This document shows, piece by piece, positions 35,562 to 46,100 of a DNA stretch of 64,000 nucleotides. The stretch is taken from contig SMSO01000035.1 in NCBI GenBank assembly GCA_004764695.1, forward strand, positions 3,670,040 to 3,734,039, given 5' to 3'. Each line of letters begins with the position of its first letter. Within the stretch, counting starts at the first letter, position 1. Source of the stretch: Schizochytrium sp. TIO01 (lineage: Eukaryota > Protista > Bigyra: Labyrinthulomycetes). Below the pieces are notes generated by a model. That model had not been told where the DNA came from. It saw only the letters and a list, made by a program, of their open reading frames with translations, and made no database searches. A program made the translations under genes and the position numbers.

Positions 35562-36170
35562 TTAAGATTTGTATGTACATAAAAGTGAAGGCGACGAAGA
35601 AAGTCGAACCGGTATCGAGGGTAGAGCAGGGCTCGGTGAAATCATCACGAGAATGTTACGTAGGGTTTGCATCTCAGTTCTTGCTCTCACTCGGAACTCG
35701 TCAGATTCTGGATCGAGTTCCAAGTCGGCCATACCAAAATCGACGAAAACCGCTTTCTCCTGAGAGCCGCGGCAGCAAATGCTAGACCTCAAGATGTGGC
35801 CATGAAGAACTCCCATCGCGTGAATCTTCTCAAGAGCTTCAGTTGCTTTTCTAGCGAACCCATTGCAAAAGACCTCTTGGCACAGGGGGCGCTCTTCCTC
35901 GAATCGGGTAGCGAACCCGTAGAAAAAGTACTCATCAAGGAGGCCATAATCCACAATCTCTGGAATGCAATCTCCTTGTAAAGAAGCGAGGCGTTCGTAA
36001 ACCCGTGCTTCATTCTGGAGTCTCTCGACTAGACGGGCCTGCTTCCCCACGTCAGCGATCTTGAGGATCGCATTTTGAGTGACACCATTTGCTGGGAAGC
36101 TCACTCGCCATGTCGCGCCCGAGCTGACTGGAGTTAGAATTTCCTTACATGTCATTTCAAGCAGACTCAT
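35562..36170 (-). CDS. Crinkler-type protein-kinase-like domain (pseudokinase); probably the frameshifted 3' part of the upstream gene
   Basis: AILKIAD (VAIK), L.NE..VY..L..LQG.CIP, IH..GVLHGH and VFVDFG. The catalytic HGD...N reads HGH...S. The frame is open upstream to 36233 and overlaps the preceding ORF. Confidence 0.65.
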   Translation of the reverse strand: MSLLEMTCKEILTPVSSGATWRVSFPANGVTQNAILKIADVGKQARLVERLQNEARVYERLASLQGDCIPEIVDYGLLDEYFFYGFATRFEEERPLCQEVFCNGFARKATEALEKIHAMGVLHGHILRSSICCRGSQEKAVFVDFGMADLELDPESDEFRVRARTEMQTLRNILVMISPSPALPSIPVRLSSSPSLLCTYKS

Positions 36171-38469
36171 AGCTTTCTTTTTTACAGGTGAGCCAACCGC
36201 ATAATTTCGCAGATCTCCCGTAAAAGGCCTTAGTTAGTCTATTGGTGTGAAGGTCGGTTGTGGCAGAGGAGGTGGCATCTTTTTGGTCTTTCTGTTCATG
36301 TTGTAGACCTTTCGTGCTTTCGATGTTGGGTGCATCAGATTCGCAGACTACAGAAGGGTGCCCTTCCACATCTTTACAATGGTCTCGCGCTTTGCAGTCA
36401 TTACCTTGACACGGGATGAGCATTGCTCGCCCATCAACCTCGAGTGCAGGAACTGTATGCTGCGAAGCAATGAGAAGAACAAGGCCAATAAACTGGGGCA
36501 GCGTAAGCTCTGTGTTCGGTTTTGCTATCAAGGGCTGCTGATAATAGTGGTGGTAGTTTACTGGCATTGCATAATTCCACGAAACAGAAGGTGTGATAAG
36601 GATATTCCCGTTGCAGTCCCGGATAAATGCCGTAGTTGAAGAGCAGGTAGAGTATAGTCCAAAGTAGAGGCTTTTAGTCCTCATATAATTATACAGGCGG
36701 CGAATGACGGAAATCTTCAGGTGGAGCTCGGCGCTGCACCCTTGTCGTAAACAATTCTCGCTGCATTCATTAAGGTCAGATGCAGGAATCGACGAGCGAA
36801 ATGAGACCTGAGACGATTGCTCATGTTCTGTTGCCAACGCCTTACTTTTATTATTTGTGCTATTTACAGGCAATGTACCACCGCTGCCTAAAAAACACTC
36901 TCCTGCTGGCTTAAAATCGCCAAGAAGAAGATTACTTGTTAGAGAGGCTGTAGTACTTGCGAGGTTTTGTTCACCCAACTGACAAGACCCAAAATCGTTT
37001 CCTTGCAATTTAAGTCTCGCAAGTACGGCATCAAGAGAGGCCTTGAGGTGCCGGTTCGATTCTAAACCTTGAAGGTTGCTTATGAACCCTTGGCTTTTAC
37101 AGTAGTGAAGAAAATCTGCCATCGGCAAGAATTTTACTTGAACAGCTGGACTAGGTAAGTCCTCGATCCCAGAACCTACATTCGGCCCAGCCTTGACGAA
37201 TAAAAGCGGTGTACTGACTCGTGCAGCTTTGTCCAATACAGAAGCAGGAGATGCTGTTGCTGAAGAGAGTGGCTCCTCAAACGAGTCACGATTATGCTTC
37301 ATTGTCTCACTGGATGATTCCTCTGAAGAATTGGAGGCACAACCGGTTTGCTCTTGTCCTTCGGCTGTCGTTTTAGTTTGCTCAAAGTCAAAAAGCTTTT
37401 GGCAAACACGAAAGTACGAAGCTAGGAGATTCTGCTTGCTCCTTGAACAGGAGTTAAGATACGTCCAAAACGATTTTTGAGCATCTAGTCCTCCTTTTAC
37501 AGCCTTATCAAGAATCTGCATGCCATTGTCGTTTCCAGAGATCTCGGCATTTCCGTTGATCCGAGCGAGAAGCGCTTGTTTTTCAGACAACAGGGCTTCG
37601 TGTTCGCAAGGTTGATCCTGGGTTGGTTCTTTGACCAGGTGTGCTGTGACGGTTGCCATGGCGCGTGTTCCTGCGCGTGGAAGGCGTTCCGGAGAGCGTT
37701 CTCGGCGAGGTGTTATTGCTTGGGATAAAACCCCGCCAGTTCGAGCTGTAGACGTTGCAGAGCTGCTATGCCCATCACCCCGGATTTTGCTGTTAAGATT
37801 CGACAAGTGGGATTTATTCAGGCGAACATTTTCACTGGCCCTTATAGATGAGCCATCAAGCATAACCATGCCACAGTGACTGGTTTCCCATTTCTTGTCG
37901 AAGCCTTTCTCCGTGATCTTTGTTGGAGCTCGAGCAGGCGTTTCAAGATCCTGTACTGTCTTGATTGAGGGTACCACTGGAGCTACCATGGGGGATGGCT
38001 CTGGCTGTTCACAATCCTGCTCAGTGGAGATATTGAGTACTCGTGCTGATTCGGCCGCAGCGTTGGCACAAGCCTCGAAGGTCTCATTTAATGTAGCTTC
38101 GTCTTTCAAGAGCCGAGAGAGATCCGAGTAAGCTGACATATAGCACATCAGAGGTTTGAGTTGTACAGAACCAACTCGTTTTCTCCGCTCGCGAAACTCT
38201 TTGCATGCATTTTCATCTCCTCCAACTGAAGCTTTGATCAAGGCAATTAGCTTAGGGTCAACAGCAGATACACTCTCCCGGAGAGAGGTTTCCAGGACTC
38301 GCTTCTTCTTGGCAAGATTTCCCCGCTTTTCGTTCAGATGATTTGCCATCATCCGAGCTTTCTCAAAGGTCTCGATTATTGTCTTTGTTGCAAGGTTCTC
38401 GCGGCAGGCGCGAGACCCATTTTGCTTATTCTGCCTCGACTTTCCATTTATGATGACGCTTACTGCCAT
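36157..38469 (-). CDS. Large protein with C-terminal Crinkler-type restriction-endonuclease-like domain
   Basis: Uninterrupted ORF of about 770 codons. LLLGDFKP resembles a (D/E)xK motif, and IRRLYNYM....YFGLYST...TAFIR resembles the REase domain that precedes kinases in Crinkler-like effectors. First ATG at 38469. Confidence 0.6.
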   Translation of the reverse strand: MAVSVIINGKSRQNKQNGSRACRENLATKTIIETFEKARMMANHLNEKRGNLAKKKRVLETSLRESVSAVDPKLIALIKASVGGDENACKEFRERRKRVGSVQLKPLMCYMSAYSDLSRLLKDEATLNETFEACANAAAESARVLNISTEQDCEQPEPSPMVAPVVPSIKTVQDLETPARAPTKITEKGFDKKWETSHCGMVMLDGSSIRASENVRLNKSHLSNLNSKIRGDGHSSSATSTARTGGVLSQAITPRRERSPERLPRAGTRAMATVTAHLVKEPTQDQPCEHEALLSEKQALLARINGNAEISGNDNGMQILDKAVKGGLDAQKSFWTYLNSCSRSKQNLLASYFRVCQKLFDFEQTKTTAEGQEQTGCASNSSEESSSETMKHNRDSFEEPLSSATASPASVLDKAARVSTPLLFVKAGPNVGSGIEDLPSPAVQVKFLPMADFLHYCKSQGFISNLQGLESNRHLKASLDAVLARLKLQGNDFGSCQLGEQNLASTTASLTSNLLLGDFKPAGECFLGSGGTLPVNSTNNKSKALATEHEQSSQVSFRSSIPASDLNECSENCLRQGCSAELHLKISVIRRLYNYMRTKSLYFGLYSTCSSTTAFIRDCNGNILITPSVSWNYAMPVNYHHYYQQPLIAKPNTELTLPQFIGLVLLIASQHTVPALEVDGRAMLIPCQGNDCKARDHCKDVEGHPSVVCESDAPNIESTKGLQHEQKDQKDATSSATTDLHTNRLTKAFYGRSAKLCGWLTCKKESYESA

Positions 38470-39306
38470 TATATTATTTCCTTGCACAGTTTTGGATTTG
38501 GTTGCTTGTCAGGTTAGGTGCTAGCCCTATATTGGTTGACGTGATGCGACAAGTCTTCTTCCATGCAAAGGACAGGATAATCCAAGTAAGGTGTAATATT
38601 GCCTCGCAAATATCAATGCAGAGTAGCAAAAGTTTCCTATCCCGCGATGTACGAGTACTCAGCGGTGTATCAAAGTACTAGTTGAACTGTACCTTTTAAA
38701 AGATTTCTTTGACTTTTTTTTTTTTCGGTGGGGATCACTTGACCCTTCCTGTATTGCGTCAACTTCCGCGCGTTTACAATTGATTCGTTACAACGCCTTT
38801 TTAGAAGCCAATCGAGACTTGCCTCAACAAGTAACAACAATTCAGCTAGCAGCAAACTGCAAAATAAGCTTGCTGTCTATTAGCACTATATACTCTGAAA
38901 GCAAAAACTGTGTCAGCTTGTGTGGAAACCAGCGCGTAGACCAAGGTATGCGTCTCAAATCACCGCTTTCCGTCGGTATCCACCTTAACGCAGCACCCTC
39001 TGTAAGCTCTTTCGCACTTCCTTGTAAACCTGACCCAACTAATGTCCACTTAGGCACTTCTAGCACACAGGCCCTCACACAGTCTTTGCGTCCTTTGCCA
39101 CCAACGCCAAGTCAATTAGCTACCTTTAACTAATGCCTGTTTTGCAAAGCAAGCCCCCAAGCCTGTGACAACTCTTTATAGCAAATTAAACTATCGCGCT
39201 CGGATGTCCTTCGCGACTGCCAGTCCCAACAACGCAAGACCGCCGCAGTTCTTATCAAGAACTGGCCTAGACTGAGGAATTAATTCCACGCTACGAGGGT
39301 AGTAGT

Positions 39307-39378
39307 GGGAACTTGCGGGATTTCTGGAACCTCAGGATCTTAGGGAACAACTGGAATATCGGGAACAGCTGGAACAGT
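39307..39378. repeat. Degenerate 9-bp tandem repeat, 8 units (nGGAAnnnn)
   Basis: gggaacttg cgggatttc tggaacctc aggatctta gggaacaac tggaatatc gggaacagc tggaacagt. Confidence 0.65.
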
Positions 39379-42300
39379 GGGTGCGCGCTGGGAACGCCCT
39401 TTGAGAACACGAGCAAGACAAAGAAAGACAAACAAGCAAGCAAGCAAGCACGCAAGCACGCACGCGAGCTGCTGCCTGCGTCGCAGCTGGTCGCGAGACC
39501 GCTGCGCTAGCTACCCTTCAGGCCGGGTCCTGAGGACGCACCTCTTTGCTTTTTGGGCCTGGCTGGTGGTCAGGATCCTGCTGGTATTTGGTTTGCTGGG
39601 TCTCGTCTCGTGCGGGCTTCTGAGTTGAGAGACTGCCGCTTTGACGATTCCACACGCGCCAGAACTGTGAAATACTTGTAGTGGAGAATGGGGGGCAAAC
39701 TATTCTTTTTTGGTGATGGAGTTTATATGAGCCTCAGATAGCCTTTTTCTGTTTTCACTCTTTTTGCTAGGAATTCACTAAGCAATACGGTATTATAAAG
39801 TAAAAGAATTTAGCTAATGAGTGATTTCTCCCTCTTCTTAACTGCTACAACATTTTTAGCTACGCTTTAAAGGTAGGAATACAGAAATTTTCCAGTTTTC
39901 GTTTTAAATACATCAATCAATATTAAAAATGTTTCATATTTTATATTATTATTTTAATTTTTTAAAAATAACTTGTCAAGGCGGTTGTGCAAAAGTAAAT
40001 TGAATCGAGCGAGCTGTTGAAGGTTGGGCAAACGAACAGACAAAAACCTACCAAGCAAACGAACAAATAAAAAAACGTGCATACTGGTGAAAAACGACTT
40101 AGAGTAGGCTGGCGAACAAGTTCTGGATATATTCCAGGTCTTTAACAGCTCCAAGACGTTGACAGGCGTTTGCTTCAAGTTCGCCAGTCGAAACGAAAAT
40201 CTTCTCTAGTTTTTTTCCCTCACCTGTTTTTTTAAACTTTTCAATTGTGATTTATTTATTTATTCATTAATAGTTTTTTTTTTTTTCTGAACTTTTTCTT
40301 TTTTAGTTTTTATATTTAAAGACAAATTAAAAGTACTTTTTCGCTGACTCGGGTGTTCGCCAGATAAGAGGTTATGCATTCATGGAGGGGCTGCTCGGAG
40401 AAACTCGGCCAACGAGCAGGCTGGCTTTGGCAACAGGGAAGTGTTCGCCTGAATGGGTTTATCCGGTTATTTACCGCAGGTCTCAATCGAACAAACCAGG
40501 GAACTTCTGCATTTTTATTTTTTTTTAATTCATCGTGTTTTTATTATGTTATGTTTATTTATTTATAACTATAGGACCAAATCATTTTCTTGTTCATTAT
40601 TCTTTATTTCCTCTCACGAAAATCGTGTTTTTCTCTCATACTTTTTAGCGTGTAGGTACCGCTGGATCTGGAGTATAGACTATTAATGTCCAATGGTAGT
40701 TATTGCGCTACGAAGCTGGAGAGAGATTAGTCGCCAAAGGCATCTTTTCTTGAAGAGTTCAAGCTTGTAGAAACTACAGACTACATTTATAGTTCTGCCC
40801 TTTCAAGTTTATTTGTGTATTTCAGAACAAAATTTCTCTGAGGTGGGCTCCTCCATGGACACCTGAAGGGTTTCCCCAAACCTGGAGAATTTTAAATTAA
40901 TATATAATGTTGAAAAATCAAATTTATTCATCTGTGAAAGGCTCACCAAGACATTTCAAGCTCAGGTTGCGATTTGCGATGATTTAAAAAATGTGGATTC
41001 ATGATGATACCTTGTGAAAGAACTTGATTTCCTAGGCCATTTACTTGCTAGTTTGCCATCGATTATTCTGAGCTACTAAATAATAATCGAATAAAGGAGT
41101 ACAATTCTTATACCTAAAATACTAGATAGCCGGCTGATTGATTAACAGGAGCCCTGACACAGGAGAACTGATTGGAAATCTTGAAAGTGCAAGCCAAAGT
41201 CGCCGAAGAAATTTAGGGCACGAATTTAGATCATAAAATTGGATAATTCCCTCGGACGTACGTATGTTATCCATGTTTGAGGAACAAGGATGAGTATCAT
41301 TTCAGAATATGACGATACCATCATGTAAGCCACGCATGTTATAGAAATGTAATTTGGGGCGCTGTTTTTGTATAGTGACCGGTAATAGACCATCGTAATA
41401 TTCTCCAGTGATGAAGTGCGAAAATGGCAATGTTGAAACAAAGCAGAAGAAGTTTCCAGTTCCCCCCTAGGCTCATTATATACGTATATCACATTAACAT
41501 TAAATCGACAATATGTCTAGTTATCAATTGGTTGAATTGGCTGTGGCTTCTGCTCAAAGAGATTCACTCTTGAGTTATTATCGTCTGTGTTGTCGAGGTT
41601 GTACGACTGTACTCCTGCACCTGAAAAAAAAAAAGCAGGTGCTCTCGGGTGGCATTCAAGCCTTTACAGCTTTATTGTAGCTAACTAGACACTCAGCACA
41701 AATTCACCGTGACCAAGATCGCGCATTTTTCTGATATCAATGATCCCTTTGGAATCCAACGACAGAGTTTTCATACTCCCGCCACTCCCAACTTTGAAAC
41801 TTTAAAAAGAGTTCAAGCAAAGTCAACTTTGCTCAAATTCTCCAACAGAATTTTCAACAAAATAAGACAAATCAAGGCACTCCGAGTCCTAATGCAAGTA
41901 TATACAACTCATTTTAAATCTATACGAAACAGAACAAACGCAAAGGGTGAAGTAGTTTACATCAAGTTTTCCTTCAAGTTGAGCTACTCTAAGTAAAAAT
42001 AACATTAACATAAACATGAACATTAATATAAACAAGAAAGATGAAGCTGAATTGCTGATAGAGGTAGCAGCTATCTAACAGCAATTAAGCAGCAGGTTCT
42101 CTTTAGAGCGTCAGCGAGCAGGACAACCTGCGAATCGGCTCGAGTGCCCTTTTGCAGAACGCGCTGCGGCCAAAGAAATAAACTTCTGGTTGGATAATGA
42201 ACTAACAAAGCTTCAAGTCGAAGCTCTTTTCTAGGACAATCCCAGCTGTAGCCATGGGCCTCAGAGTCGCCCACAACGATCTTCTTTGCCGCTGTGCGGC

Positions 42301-43025
42301 TTGTGCTAGAGAGAGCATTGCGGGTGCGGCGAGCGAGCGCTTTTCCCTGAATGCAGAAGACCAAAAGAAAAGGAAAAAGGAAAAAGGAAGACTAAAACAA
42401 AACTAAAACAAAACTTCAATTAAAAAACTTGCGCGTGCCCTGAAGATTTACGATTATCGACTGAAGACCATGACCATGAATCGATGATGATGATGATGAT
42501 GCCTTGGAGTTCAGGCTGATGATCAATGAGGAAGACCACCATGCATTCTGCCTGCGCTGGGAAGCGCGTCTTTTACTCTACCGCGTCGGCAGCTCGATCT
42601 TAGTTCAACTTGCAGTGCACGTATTTGAGCTCTTGGAGTGATCTTGATGATTTATTTGCACGTGCTAGCTTTCTAAAGAACCTTGCGGTCTCGCTAACTT
42701 TCAACGCATTGCATTCATTCTTCTCTTGAACGGGCGCTTCTTTAGGCCATCGACGGAGCACCTTGAGACAAGACCTGCGTAGCGGGTTATATAGCCGGCG
42801 GGAGAAGCAGGCGAACAGCTCTGGAGCTCTCGCTCACTCAGCAAGGAAAACGCTGCAACCTGGGGGAGGACAACCTCAGCTTCGTTGCATTGATTGTATT
42901 CAACTTCTGGGAGAGCAAAAAAGCAATCGCGCGACTTGGAGGGGCCAACTTACAGACAAAAGGCAGGCAGGCTCTAAGCTCAAGTTGAACTAAGGAAACA
43001 GAGAGACGGCTTTTAATTTAGTTCT

Positions 43026-43113
43026 CTTCTTCTTCTTCTTCTTCTTCTTCTTCTTCTTCTTCTTCTTCTTCTTCTTCTTCTTCTTCTTCTTCTACTTCTA
43101 CTTCTACTTCTAC
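43026..43113. repeat. (CTT)n grading into (CTTCTA)n
   Basis: Direct reading of the sequence. Confidence 0.92.
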
Positions 43114-46100
43114 GTCTTTAAAGCAAGACAGAACCTATCGTGTTGCTGTTGCCCACTGTCGCGGCGAAAGTGGCTTTTAAGTCGCTGTAAAACGGAGTGA
43201 AACGAGCAACTAAACTTACTCTCAAAGCGAGATGAGGTTCATTCAACTTATTCGCAGCTGCAAACGATTCTGTCGCTGTCCATATCAGTACTCAATACCA
43301 AACTCCACGAGAAGCACAGCTTTTACAAAGGAGCTATCTGTAGACGAGCCCTTGAGATTCCGAAGACTCGAAGGGACCTGAAGTCTTAGCGACGGACGAT
43401 GGAAACACTCGCTCACTCACTCACTCACGCACTCACTCGAAGAGAAGGCTGACTGGCTGGCATTCAAGACCTCCTCGAGTCAAACTCAATATCTTGCAAC
43501 ATCTTGAAAATATCCAACTCCATGACAAGCAGTCTTTACCCAAGAGTGAAATGGACATTCACTCCTACGAGTAAAATCGACTGATCGATTGCCGGCTCGA
43601 ATCCACGGCATTAGCGGAGATCCAACGTTCAAGAAATTCGACTTCAAGCTCCAAGATGGCAAAACTGACGAACTCAACGACCTCTTCTGCATCCATACTT
43701 TTTATTTTATTTTATTTTTTAATTTGAATATAAATTAAAAATATTACCTTTATTTATAGAACAAAAACACGTGCCGTCTTTTGATTTTGTTCAAAGGTTT
43801 TACACGAGTGTTATCCAATCTTCCAATTCAAAGTCATGGTGATTATTTTGATGTCTGCAAATAAAACATATTATAGAAAGCACTCTTGCTTGCAGGATGC
43901 TGGACGCGCCAGCTGATCCCACCTGAGGATGACAAAGAGCTTGCCAGCGTCTGCTCGGCTCGATTTGACTTTGCCATCTCGAGTCACAGGACTCACAGGC
44001 AGAGCTCCCATCGTCGAAAGCTGCAACGACCCATGGCCGGAAAACACGCATTCACGCGCAAGTCCAACCTCTAAAGATCGCCGTCGCGCGTGCTAGCTAA
44101 GGTACTCCCAAGAGGGAATTTTTTGTTCATTTTTTAATAGAAAAGTAATAAATCAAAGGTTTTATAACTTATGAATATAGAAACACAATTGGGCGCTTTT
44201 CCTTTTTGAAAACTCTGAACTTTAAGATGGAAATCACTCGAAAATACCTACGCAGGTAGCTACATACCTCAGCTAGTACCCATTCAACTTTCCATGACGC
44301 TGCTGCAATCGTTTTGCTCCTCTCTCAGCTCTTTTCAAAATTGCCTATTTTAATTAATTGCACTCGGTACTAGCAGCATAATGATTGAAGCTGTTCGCTG
44401 CGAGGAAATCTTTCAAGTCCAAAAAGAAGAAGACGAAGAAGCAGTAGCAGAGGATTACTTTCCTTCTCTCCGCATAAATATCATATTTTCATACCTACAC
44501 AAACTATAAAAATAGTAGTATTAGTAGCACAAAATGCAAAACAAAGTTATAGGCATTTGTTATATGTACCTATATATTTTTTAATAATTAGATACATTTA
44601 TTGCGCTCGATTTGATGTAGGAGCTGAGTTGTCGAGAAGAGCGAAGCCTGGCGTAAGTGGTGTTTTCCTAGGGCTGTCTTTTTGAAGATTGTGCCGCATC
44701 TTCAAGTAAGATAATTCATCATTTTTTATGAAAAGAACCAGGAGAGAACCAACGAATCAGGCAGCGAACAGCAGAGAGAGCAATCGAATGAGTTTTCAAG
44801 TAAGCCAGCAAAAAACAAAAACAAAAACAAAACACAATTCACATCGGAAATTAATACAACGCATTATTTAATTTAGAAGAAAAGAAAATACTTTCAGACA
44901 ATATGTGTAATCACTTTACTTTATTAGGAAAAAGAAAAAGAAAAAGAAAAAGAAAAAGATGGAATTTTAGTTGAACTGAATGTGCTACGAGCTGTTTTCG
45001 TTGCAGATGAAAATCAAGAGATGATCCATCTCATAGGCTATCCCAAGACCGATCTTTCAAAGCGTATTTGACGCTTCTGTCCACGAAAGATCGCATCTGG
45101 AGCCAACGCCGACCTTCGAACGCCGCAACTCAGCCACCTGATGGTTCTGTAATCCTCTGCAAAAGAGCGTAGCATAGTTGTAATTTTGCTATCAGAATCA
45201 CCTTAATCTTTTGCAACAGAATAGTTTACGTAAGTACATAGGCACTAGTACATTCCGGTTTTTCCCAAGTATCAGTGGACTCATACTCTAATAACAGGAA
45301 TATGTGCGGGGTGCAACGCCACCATTCTTCCTCAGATTCAACGAGTGCACCGACTCTGAAGGGAACATGGCCTCTACCATGGTACCGCCTTGGTCCCAGC
45401 ACGTGCAATTTAATTTATTGAGCTGCTGTTTGAATGCAAAACAAGCCTATCTGAAAATTATAGTGTTCGAGAATCTTAGCCAACGGCACGTGGTTGAAAA
45501 TGAGGATTTATCATAACATATTTCTGTAAAAATTCACAAACCTGTTTCAGGTTCACTAAGGGGTCTCTTTGTAGAAAGTATACTTATAATTAAAGAATTG
45601 TCAGTCACAGTCTTCAGCGGCGATACCAGGACATGTCATGCCAATGTTCATATGGTCTTACACATGCTAATTCATTTTTTTTTTTCATTCGACGTACTCG
45701 TGAGAATCGCGAATCGTGAAGCCGGTAGGCTGTCTGTTAGTGCTTCAGTGATCAAGAATAAACACCTCAACATTTTAAATTCAACGACCACATCAATTAT
45801 TATTTCCTGATTTCCAGCGGAACAACATTTTCTTTTCAAGTAAAACTGATCAAGATTGATTAGAGATCTCTATAGAATAAGTGAGATCAACTATTCGCGA
45901 TCATAGAAAATGACTTGCATAGCTCTACCCAAAGTCTTACAGACTGAATTGGACCTCGGCACAGCGGCCTGAACATCGATTAGATTCTATTCGCAATTAA
46001 ACACAAATTTCTCTTACGCTACACCATCAGCAACGGCTGTGTTCTCATGTAATAGCACTCCCCCCCTGCGTAAATAGAGCTTTTTACACAATTAAATTGC

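Noticed and set aside
37051-37068. GGTTCGATTC, tRNA T-loop-like
   Set aside because: Lies within a long ORF on the opposite strand, with no cloverleaf or A-box.
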